A stretch of DNA of 64,000 nt, taken from Balanoglossus misakiensis (taxonomy: Eukaryota; Animalia; Hemichordata). The DNA lies in contig CM082590.2 of assembly GCA_040954595.2 (NCBI GenBank), positions 9,053,764-9,117,763 on the forward strand. Direction: 5' to 3'. The translations under genes were made by a program, and so were the position numbers. Positions within the stretch are counted from its first letter, which is position 1, and each line of letters opens with the position of its first letter. Under the pieces are notes generated by a model, which saw nothing but the letters and a program-made list of their open reading frames with translations, did no database searches and was not told the DNA's origin. Below are positions 38,237 to 49,305 of the stretch, one piece after another.

Positions 38237-40822
38237 GAGGTAATATGAATAACCATGTTGATTTCTACCAATACATGTAATAATATTCATACATTTGTAG
38301 TCTCATTTTCCACCAATGCTTGTTCTTCACCACAGATTGTAAATATGTCTGGGAAGAAGCTAAAAGGACCAACCAAGTCACACATCTTGGTGACTGCTTC
38401 TCCAAATTGGCTCAAGATCTTCATTCACGTCTTCATCAAGATGAACTCACACAGAAAGGTGAGTCTGGAAAATCATCTTCCCAAGAATCCATAATAGCCC
38501 AATGATTATTTGCATAACAAGAGAAACAACAGTTATGTTAATAGGCTTCTATTGTTTTGCCACAATTAAAGAGCTATGGCTTTTTATTTTTCGACAGAAA
38601 AAGCAAGAATCATCAACTTCCTGGGCGAAAGTGGTGTGATCGAAATGCGTGTGAACACAGCCGTACTTTATAGTGAAAACATCAACAACACTAACAGGGT
38701 TACCAGAGAAAGTCCTTCTCCGTGTGAAGACTCAAACAAACAAAGGAATGATGTGGGAAATGTTGAGCGAAATTCCCGGACAGATGAGGAAGATACGGAT
38801 ACTGACATTCCCAGTGGGAAGAACATGGAAAGTTGCCATGAACACCAGGAGACGCCCGTTTGTAATTCCAAGTCCCGATCACAAGACGATTTACATCAGT
38901 TATCTGGAGAACAGTCCAGTAGACAAATCCAGATTAAGAAAGAGTGTGTTGGAAACACACAGGACACATGTATAGATCCACAGAGAGACGAAACTCCGAC
39001 ACCTAATATCAATTTTGGAAACATCGGAACTTTGGAGTACTTTGAAACCAGGCCCAGCTATAATGATGAAGCTTGTGGACGTGTTGATGAGACAGAAAAT
39101 ACCGGTGTAGACAGTTCTAACGATCGCAGCGCAGGAAGTGTTGATGAAGACAGTGATAAGAATCGTGATGAGGGAAGTCCTGTGTGCGCGAAAGATAACA
39201 TTACTGTTGTAAAATTGGAAGAGGACGATGATGATGAAGTTGAAGAGATTACCCAAACACCAGCGGCCTATTATGTTTCAGAGGGACAAATTCTCTCTCG
39301 CAGTCCCCCTGTCAATCACAGACACACAGACAAAAATTTGCATAGGGGTGTCACGGCAACAGAGGGGAGAGAGACGCAGGACAGTGGAGTGTTTAAACTC
39401 AGAATAGATAACGTACAGAGCTACGCTACAGATGTGCATAATGAGAACGTTCCGGTCGCTGGGAATGAAGCAGGTATGGACAGGCATGGGAACGGAACTA
39501 TCAGTGTGGAAAAAACGCCGGATTTGGTTCCGGAAAACAGGTATTCTTCCCAGAGTGATGAAGATGTAATAGTGATACCCGCAGTGGAGAGAGGTCTTGT
39601 CGATAATGTCTCTCGCGTCAGTGAAAATTGCCAAGAAGTAGACATTGTGTATAGTGGACATGGAAGAGGATTCGGTGGCATGGCGGGGACTAGTGTGTGC
39701 AATGATAAAGCGAAACAGAGCATGGAAATTCAAGACTCAAGGACTCTTTACACCCGGGACCAAGCAAGCTATCACCACCAAGGGACAAGGGTGCCCTTCA
39801 ATGGTGACAGAACGATTCGCGATCAACGACGGGACGGGAATATCGGATTTGAAGAAAACTGTAATCGAATTCAAGGAATGAGGACTGTTCTTGCGATCGA
39901 TAAACACCACCCCGGCGGAAATTTACCAAGAGGGAAAATTGCTTATGCTGTTGACCAGAATGTAGTACGACAGGTACAGGTATCCAGACATGTCAAGGAC
40001 TTGCACAGCAAGCTGGATTACCTCGACCGACTCAAACGGCAGCTGGCACCCAGCGGTGTTCGTTCTGACGCCGGCGCGATCGACGTCGAACAGGGGCAGG
40101 AAACGCACCCCGGGTTCACGTTACGTGAAGTGGACTTCGCCAAGCAAGTGCAGCAGATGAGAAGGGACAGTGGTGTCAAACAGGATTTGTCGCGAGGGGC
40201 GATGTTAACAACTAGCGCAGGAAACGCGCATATCGCAAATAGCGGACACATGACCATTCCTAGTGTGGGCGCGGGTGAATTAAGGAAACGCGATTTGAGC
40301 AATTCGTTGCCGAAGGCTAGTTTGCCTCAAGGTTATAGCATCCCAAACAAGGGAGTCGATTCTGCATATGTTTTGAACATGGGCAGGCAGAACTCGCTTG
40401 ATGGCAGTTCGCTGAAACGGAAACTGACAACGAGTCACGCATATTCATCGCAACCGTCTACAAGCGGAGAATCAGCGAAGCTTAGCAGGGTTCAGATCAA
40501 CAGGAACTTCAAACCTCCGGAACGACCGTCGTCGCGACTCGGCGGACCGTTCTTCAGCTCGCAACGGAAGTACGGGATACAACCGGGCGATCAACGATAC
40601 CGGACGTTCTTGCGGTTGAAGGGCGACAGGAAGGCAGCAGCGCTAGTCAAGTGTACGGAGTGCGGGAAGTTTCTCTGCAGTCGTCAGAGCCTCAGCCGTC
40701 ACATGAGGACACACACGGGCGAACGACCGTTTCAGTGTCAAATATGCGACAAGCGGTTCAGTCTGAAACATCATCTTGCCACTCATATGCACGTGCATCG
40801 ATCAAAGAACTTTGACCCTTAG
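37756..40822 (+). CDS. ZNF-6: C2H2 zinc-finger protein (2 fingers) with the shared N-terminal domain
   Basis: Exons 37756-37912, 38336-38458 (123 nt), 38598-40822. Exon 1 starts MIPGEHIRLCLARSVSLVF; exon 2 = DCKYVWEEAKRTNQVTHLGDCFSKLAQDLHSRLHQDELTQK; exon 3 starts EKARIINFLGESGVI. Confidence 0.9.
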
Positions 40823-41459
40823 CTTGTTTGTCAGTCTTTCTGGGTTCTTCCCAGCTGCCGGCTACTCATTAATATTCATGCGGACAGCACCATGGAAACT
40901 GAATTCCAGAAATCTAGCACAATAAAGCTGCATTGGGAAACTGTGCATTCTTTGAAATGTATGATGTATGATTTAAATGATGTATGATTTTAAATGATTT
41001 AAATATTTTACTTTGAACCCTTTATTGTAAGTGTTTCTGAAGTCAATAAACTTGCTTTTGCATGAACCATGTAATAATTTGCTTCATAGTGTTATTTGGA
41101 AAACAATGCAATGTCTTCCAACCCTCACCCAAATATCAATTGGTTTATTCCTTAAAATAGCTCTGGATGTACTTGAAAATATGTTCATTTATGTTGGAAG
41201 AGAGAGAGCCATGCTTGAAAAGATAAAATCTTACTTTCACCAGTTATCAAGATAAAATTGGCCAAAGTTACTGAAACCCAGCTGTTGATTGTTGCATATT
41301 AAAATGGAAAGAAGATAGTATAATATTATAATTATTTTAATTGAACATTCAGCCACCCTTTTAGTCTCAAATACCTATATTCTTAAAAGGACAAAGTCTC
41401 TCTCTTGCTGCCCTTTTCCCATAAATTATGTTTGATACAAGACACCATTGATGTTAAGT

Positions 41460-41783
41460 ACATGTGGATACATGTAAATTAAGACTTTCAAAATGGCCGC
41501 CAAATTTGAGGTTCAAAATGGCCGCCTATATCTGTGCTAAGTCTATGGCATTCAAAATGGCCGCCAAATTTAGTGACTTTGACATTCTCTATGGTAAACA
41601 TTATGGAGAAATTTTACTCATAGTTCAACCACACACACCTTCCATCCCACATGTAGACACAAGAGTGAAAAACTCGCCAAAATGAATATTCGATGTTTAC
41701 CATTTATTCATTTTGGCGAGATTTTTACTTTCATATCCTACAAACGTAATGGTTGAATGTTGATTCACTATATATCCACATGT
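41460..41783. mobile_element. MITE-like element with three CAAAATGGCCGCC (YY1-like) motifs and an internal 16-bp hairpin
   Basis: Termini ACATGTGGATA / TATCCACATGT. CAAAATGGCCGCC at ~41489, 41515 and 41553. CTCGCCAAAATGAATA (41673-41688) pairs with TATTCATTTTGGCGAG (41705-41720). Confidence 0.5.
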
Positions 41784-42508
41784 GCATTAGCATAAACAGT
41801 GTAGTGAATCAAACATAATAAAAGGGAAAAGAAGAGTGAGAGAGAGAATTTGTCCCTTTAAGAAGCTGACTAGATTCTGCTTGTTGAAATAAAAACGAAA
41901 GAATTTGCTAACTCTAAAAGCGCGCCCCCTCTCGGTGATATATAAAACCAATTTGACCCAGAATTTGACCCCACTGCTCATTTACATACATAAACATAAG
42001 GAAGAGAAAGGTCTCCTGGACCGGATGTCTGGATGATCCTGGTGTTTTCGGGACTAAAAGAAATCCTTGAGTGAAACGATCTGTACAGTTTTGAAGGTGA
42101 GTGGTTTGTTGTACCGTATGTCTGCGAGGAATACTCAGCATCGGACGTTTTGGGTCAAATTATGAATCGCGTTCATCAGCTGGTCAGTTCAAGCATTGTC
42201 TGTCCATCGCATCTCCATTATGGCGCTGACAATCATCTTTCTTCTGATTCCGGCTGGTCTTGCGGAGATATATCATGATCAACCCAAGAACATACAATAT
42301 TGAGGCCTTGCTATTCCGTATCAGGTTTAATGATCGACCATACCTCATCCTGACCTTAGCATCACACATAAGACAGCTGATTACCGTTGAAATCGACTAT
42401 TGTTTGGACCAAACTTTTGGCAACTATTTTACTGGTAAACAAATCAAGGAATGACCTTGTGATCGCGTGCCTTGCAGCTGGAAAGGTCATAATTAAATTG
42501 GGGCATAA

Positions 42509-45500
42509 TTAGGGGACCAAGCGCCCTCAGGCGCTTGGTCCCCTTCTGTTATTGCTGGAGTTTTTAGGGCACAAGCCAAGCAGGCTTGTGCCCTATTGGT
42601 ATTACTGGGGTTTTTCATCTTTTTTTTTTTTTTCTTGTGTAGTTTTTTTGCTCAGGTAGATCTTGAAAACGGCTGAACCTACAAATCTCAAACTTGGCAC
42701 AATGGTGCAGGTCTATGAGAGCTCGTGCAGTACCCTCGTGAATGTGTAATTAGTCACATGACCTGATGACCATATATGGGCAAAGTTTTCAAATGGGCCT
42801 AATTTGCATATGAATGATGATATCAAAATTCTGTGCAATCATTTTGCGGACCATATGGTCAGTGTCCTACATGCTAAATTTCAAGGCTCTGGGCAAAGTC
42901 AATTTTGAGAAGAAGATTTTTAAATATTATATTTCATATTTTTTGGACCCAGCCATAGGCCTATACTTTCTATAGTTAAGCTATGATGCTATGTCCACAT
43001 CTGTGCAATGGTCCTGTACTGTGACTCTCTATTGGCCCGTGAGCAGAATGGGACCAAAATAAAAGGCAAAATTTTGGGCTCACCTGTAACACCTGCTTAA
43101 CTCATTAATTATGTGCATACCTAATTCTGGGCTAACTAATAGGGCTAGAGGTTTTGTGCTTGTGGGACATGGACCAGTAAAGGGTAAAAAAAAATTGCCC
43201 AAATTTTTGGTGACCTCAGGTGACCTTTGACCTACTTTCCTATATCTCGGCATCCAGAGCAGGTACAGACTTGGCGTTTGGAGGGTTGGGACTAAAATTT
43301 AAAAGCCAAAATTGAGGGTCACCTGTGACACCTGCTTACCTCATTAATTATGTGCATACCTAATTCCAGGCCAACCAATAGGACTAGAGGTTTGGTTATT
43401 GCTGAACATGAACCAGTATGGGGTCAAAATTTCTTGCCCAAATTTTGGGTGACCTCAGGTGACCTTTGACCTACTTTACCATATCTCGGCATGCACAGCA
43501 GCTACAGCCTTGGCATTTGGAGGGATGGAACTCCTAATGGAGCCTTATACTTTACCTCATTAATTATGTGCATATATAAATCTAGGCGAACCAATAGGGC
43601 TAGAGGTCTGGTTTTTGTTGGACCTGGACTAGTATGGGGTCAAAATTTTTTGCCCAAATTTTGGGTGACCACATATGACCTTTGACCTTCGGCTTAAGCT
43701 TGTGCCCGTCATCGCTGCTTGCAGCTATATTTCTTCTTTCTTCTTGAGTCGTTTTTTTGCGCCCGTTTTTCTCTGAAATTCCGGCAGCTGCGCCTACCAA
43801 ATTTTGCACGGTGGTTGGGGCCCATGAGTACTAGTGCACCTGCCCTTTGAATTTGTAATTAGTCACGTGACTTTGTGTCTGTAATCGAGCGAAATTTTCA
43901 AATTGACCTAATGTGCACGTTAATGGGGGCATGTACATTCTTTTCGCGATTTTTGTAGACTATGTGGCCAAAATCGCCTGTGCCAAATTTCAAGGTCCTA
44001 GGCCAAGTCGATTTTGAGAAGAAGATTTTTGTAATATTTTTCGCATTTTTTGGTGGGCTGAGGACGAACACTTGGGTATCGGACTTTCACTGTCATTACG
44101 TAATCCTGCGGAGGTCTCATTAGCAGGGTACACACTTCGTTGGAAAATCGGCTGAAATACGTAAACAGACCAGTGATTATTTTCCACGGAATGAATTTTG
44201 GGACAACACATTATCAGAGTTCAGTCTGTGTTAGGGCGTTTTATTGAAGTACGCTGAGTTTGTTAGCTGTTGCCGTTCAAATGTTTCTATCCAGACCCGG
44301 CTACACTGGTTAACATTGCGGCAGTGGACTTTGACCCTCAGTCGCTAATGGGCGAGTCAGGTTTCATTAGCATGGTAGTCACATGTAGTGGGTATTAGTT
44401 CGGGAAATCGGCCGAATACGTAAGCAGACCAGTGATTTTCTTGCACGAAGGGAGTATGGTACCAGCAATAATCAGAGATCAGGCTTCGTTGCCGTTCAAA
44501 AGTTCCTACTTCAGTCAAGACATTGCAACTGGATGTTCAGTATGGGGGTCGGCTCGCAGGTGGCCGTGGGGGTTATCAGGTCGCCCGTAATGGCACGTAG
44601 GTTCATGCAGCTGTATGGGACCAAAATAATACGCCCGTTTCGGGGGTCACCTGCGTAACTCAATTATGTGCATGCGTAATTGTGGGGTCAATGAAAGGGA
44701 TGCTAGCGTGATTTTTGTTGCACATGGATCAATATGAAGTCCGATTTTCCTGTCAAGTTGTGGGCGACCTTATGTGACATTTCACCTGCTTTTGCTTAGT
44801 GAATAAAAGCAGATGCATGCAGGTTTGGAGTGGGGGGATATACGGATAGGACCATAATGGTATACCAAAGGCGGGGTCACCTGTTGCACCTGCCAAAGTC
44901 ATTGATTTTGTACATTTAATTTTACACTAACCAACGGGGCGATATGTGTGGTTTTTGTTCCACAGGGACGAATGTGTGTCAGTTGATTTTTGCCCAAACG
45001 TATAAGGTGATTTGGATGACCTCTGTCGTACAGTGCCACATCTCAGCACGTTGTACAGGTGCAGCTTTGGTATTTGGAGGGATGAAATTATCATGAAATG
45101 CCAAATACAAGGGGATACCTGTGACACCTGCTTGATTCATGTATTACATGTATACCTAATGGTAGGCAAAGTGGAAGGGCTGCAGATGCATGATTTGTTG
45201 CACATGACATAAACAGGAATGACAATTTATTGTCAAATTTTTGGGTGACGTCAGGTGTCCATTGACCTGCTTTCCATATGTTAGCATGCACATCATATAT
45301 AGCCAGGTGTTTGAAATGAAATGCTAAATTCCTGGGGCCACCTGTAACTTACTTGCGTAACTCATTATTATATGGCCATATCTAATTTGACAAACCCAAA
45401 GGGCGGGGATTTTCCGTTGTCTTGAATATGAACCAAAAGAGAATCCTAATTTTTGTCCCAATTTTGGGTACCTCAGCTGACCTTTGATGTACTTACTGAA

Positions 45501-45699
45501 GTACTTACAACGTAGAAGTTCACCTTTGGTTGTTGTGTTTGTACTTGTAGGACATGCATTTCGGGTGGTTGCCTACTTCCCAATATCTCAACATCGAGAG
45601 CAAATACAGTCTACGCATTTGAATTGTACAACACTGAATGGAGTCTAATGGTTATTCACACTATGCTTGGGCCCCTTCAACGCTGCTTGCAGCTTTAAT
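42509..45699 (+). mobile_element. Outer non-autonomous Helentron-associated (HINE/DINE-1-like) element
   Basis: 5' palindrome AGGGGACCAAGCGCC-CTCA-GGCGCTTGGTCCCCT (42511-42544). 3' subterminal IR GCTTGGGCCCC (45665-45675) followed by hairpin GCTGC-TT-GCAGC (45682-45693). Degenerate internal tandem units; no long ORF. Confidence 0.65.
42562..43731 (+). mobile_element. Inner (nested) HINE-like element with ~240-bp internal tandem repeats
   Basis: 5' palindrome TAGGGCACAAGCC-AAGCA-GGCTTGTGCCCTA (42565-42595). 3' subterminal IR GCTTGTGCCC (43698-43707) plus GCTGCTTGCAGC hairpin (43714-43725). Internal units containing CTCATTAATTATGTGCAT...GGTGACC...TGACCTTTGACCT at ~43100, 43340 and 43555. Confidence 0.7.
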
Positions 45700-45744
45700 A
45701 ACATTTATTTTTTCTTTTGTAATTCCAGTGTTAGAATTTACGAG

Positions 45745-48537
45745 ATGGGTCGCAAGAAATATTGGAAGAAAAGTCGTGCCCTGAAAGAAGTAAGTTGGCA
45801 TATCTTATCACACAAGGATACATACATACATACATACATGTACATACATACATACATACATACATACATACATACATACATACATACATACATACATACA
45901 TACATACATACATACATACATACATACATACATACAAACATACATGATACTTTAGTGAGTATTGAATGAAAATGATATGTGATTATTGTCTTTGTCTATC
46001 TTCTTTAAATTCTGTAGAAAATTTTGAAGAAAAAATTATTGAAGAAGTTAGGCATAGTCGTTGCACCTACTCCAAAATGTCCAGAAAAGGTGAACGACAG
46101 TGGCTGTGAAATCTTGCCAGAGTCTTCGCGGTTCTCGGGGGTGCTTGTGCAAGTAAAAGAGGAGGGAGAAGATGGCTGTCGACGATATGTTGCGATTCCA
46201 GAAACACAAGCCGTGGAATCTTCTGGCGGACATGTACATTCACAGCTTCCTGAGGACCGGGGCACGGACGAACATTGCAACTACTATGTAGCCAGACCAA
46301 TGTCCCCAGTTAATGAGCTTGTCGAGGAGGCCAGTAACCATAGTAACCTGTCTGTGTGTCTTGATGAACCAGAGGAGAGCCTTGACGAGATTTGCAATCA
46401 CTATGTAGCGATGCCACTATCACCAGATGATAAGGAGTGTGATGTTATCGACTCTGTCGAAATTAATGAACACCGCACCATGTCTGCCAGTACCAGTGTG
46501 GTAACTTCGCACCAAAATTCTGGCTCTGGTGTAACCGTGACAACCAGTATCGGACCAAAACTGAGCAATGTTAACAGCGTTGATGTACCAATGGAAGAAG
46601 ATGATGTCCAAGGACAAAATGTGAAAACGTCTGATAACAGTCAAGATGATGTCAGTGAGGACAGTAAAACAAACGCTCATTCCCCTAAGGATGACAGCAC
46701 AATATTAACAGACAGAAATGATTCTGTTGAAGCCGGAAATAGTATCTGTTCAGACATTGTGACTCCTGTTAAAATTATCCAATCATCTAAGGATGAGAAC
46801 GCAATATTAACAAACAGGGTTGAGACTGGAGAAGAAGGAAATGATATTAGTCCACACATTGCAACGCCTGTCAGTATTATTCAGCCAAAAATCGAAGTCG
46901 GTGTGACAGACAGAAACGCTGAAGACAGCACTGCTTTCAGCGAAAGAAGCTGCACGCCACCAACAGTTAGAAAGGTTAAAGTAGAAGAGAACAACGATCA
47001 TGTTACAGAGCTCCGTAGTGATCAACAAAAAACGACAACGTTAGGAGATCAAACACAGTCCGGTTTAACAGGAAAGCAAAGTTGTAACAATGACAATGAT
47101 ATTGACAGACAAAAATCATCTGACCAGGAGAGAAGTGAAACAACAAACAGACAGACAAACGAACAGCGCCCCCAGGGAAGTCGTCGGAAAGTACGCGCTC
47201 AAGAACCGAAGAAGCCACTGGTGTATACAGTACATGGAAACGAATTAAAGTGTGAAAACGATCCTCATTCGGAAGCTTACAATGAATGGCTTGCCCGGGT
47301 GAGAGACGGGGGTGGTTTTGCCAAAAACTTGCCACAGAGAAATAAAGGACACAAGAAGCTTGGACGGAGAAGAAATTCAGAGAAGGCATTGCTTGTGACG
47401 TCAGAAGCACGTCCCACTGAAAGTCTGGGCGCCAGCTCCACCTCTAGACAGAGGTCAGGATACGAACTACGCCCTCAACCGCAAACTGTGAGTAAGAAAT
47501 GCCAAGAGGTTCAGCAGATCAAGGAGGCAGTCAAGAAGAAGAAGGTCCAGAAGATACCCAAGAAGGCGACGAAGAAGACAGCCAAGGTTCCGAAGATCTT
47601 AAACGGGATTAAGTCACTGTATCAGTCTCCTGCAACAATTATCTCATTTGATGGTACACTCCTTAGCTTTCAATCACAATTACCCTTGCATAACGCACAA
47701 GACATGAACTCAATGGTTGGGTGCCTATCCGAGATAAGCAGCCCTGGCGATGGGGGTGCCAGATCTCAACCAATTCTCTGGGACCCTCAAGTGCCCATAC
47801 CAGGTGGTCTCATACCAGAGCAACAGCCAATACAAAGTAACCCTAATACAGAACTGCACCCACAGACACCAGGAAAGCCCAAGACGGGATACCAGCCATT
47901 GTTGACGGACCCTCATGTGGGATTACAACCCACCCATAGCTCTCAACATACACCCATGCAAAAAGGCTGGCTCTGGGCTCAGACTAATCCATTTGAAGAT
48001 CTGCGAGGATCAGGATCGAGTACTCAGCCACAACAGACAAGCACCCCCGCAGAAAGTAGTCAGTCCCAGTTCAGGTATTTACCCGTACCCAAGCATTTGA
48101 TCGGCCTGAGTCAACAGCTCCAACTTCCCATGTACAACGTTCTGGGGGGACCCCCAACTAACATACAAAAAGAACCGTCTCAGAGAAGCACAGTACAGTC
48201 AATGACATCATCCAATGCACACAACCAGCAACCTGTCAACACACTACCAGAACAACCGTCTCCAACCAGCAGAGAACAACCATCAATGACTTCATCCAAC
48301 GTACATAACCAGCAACCAATGGACACAAATCAAGAACCACAATTCACCTGTGTTTCTTGCGACGCGACTTTCAGCGAGAAATCTCAGTATTTCAATCACC
48401 AGAAACTCCACCTCGAACTCCCTTCTGATTTGAACATACAGGAAACTGATGATAAGGACAAAATTCAAGTGGCCCTCAGACATCAACTTGCAGTAAAACA
48501 AGAGAACAAGCTGGATAGTGTAAATACATGTACATGA
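45745..48537 (+). CDS. ZNF-7: ~850-aa largely disordered protein with a single C2H2 finger, lacking the shared N-terminal domain
   Basis: Probable coding exons 45745-45789 (MGRKKYWKKSRALKE|GTAAGT) and 46018-48537. Finger CVSCDATFSEKSQYFNHQKLH. A likely non-coding first exon ends at the GAAG|GTGAGT donor near 42097. Confidence 0.7.
45819..45943. repeat. (CATA)n microsatellite in a ZNF-7 intron
   Basis: About 30 CATA units; these generate the spurious YIHT and MYVC ORFs. Confidence 0.97.
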
Positions 48538-49305
48538 ATAGAATAGAATAGAATATTTAGAAAATATATGAATAAAATAGTAAATAATAATAATAATTAA
48601 TAAAACATAGTCCGGTATATTATAGCATGTCTGTTTCATAGAATTATATGCCAGTTAGTGTTTTATATCAGCTGGGATTTATATGAGAAATATGAACATT
48701 TTCGGATAGGGACACTTTGAGAACAATTGTAGCATATTGTAGCTTTCCTGTGTGCTTTGTAATAATTTCTGAGTGAATAATTAATTATAATAAAACTGTT
48801 GAAAGCTAATATTATGGCTTTGTGATTTGTTTGTAAGATGTAAAAGATGAGTGTTTGGAAACAGCAGATAATGGAAGGTGTGAGTGAGTTTTTCTGTGTC
48901 AGGATTTTGTTCTATAATTTGCCATGCAACTTGTGATGAAATTGAATGGTTGAATGGAATCAATTTGATACTGTTGTATTTGCCTTTCTACTTCCCAGTA
49001 ATTGAAGGGGAAAGTTTCAATCTATGCAACCCACAATAATGTTTGTTGACGTCAATTTTTTAACTGGTGAAAAGCCTTGTTTTCAACTGAAATGTTTAAA
49101 TCTGCATAGAGTGACCCATGACCTTTTGTTTTGGTGAGCGCCGCCTAGCGGTACTCTTTGAAATCTTTCCCATGATCCATTGCGGCAATAGTATTGCCCA
49201 GCTGTTGTTGTGTACATGACCAGGGATCTCGGATTGGGACGAAAAAAACACAATTTAGCGAACACAGGACCGCGGACTGGCAATCGAGTAGGAAGATCAC
49301 TCACA

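Noticed and set aside
45667-45969. ORFs with YIHT / MYVC repeats
   Set aside because: Translations of the (CATA)n microsatellite.
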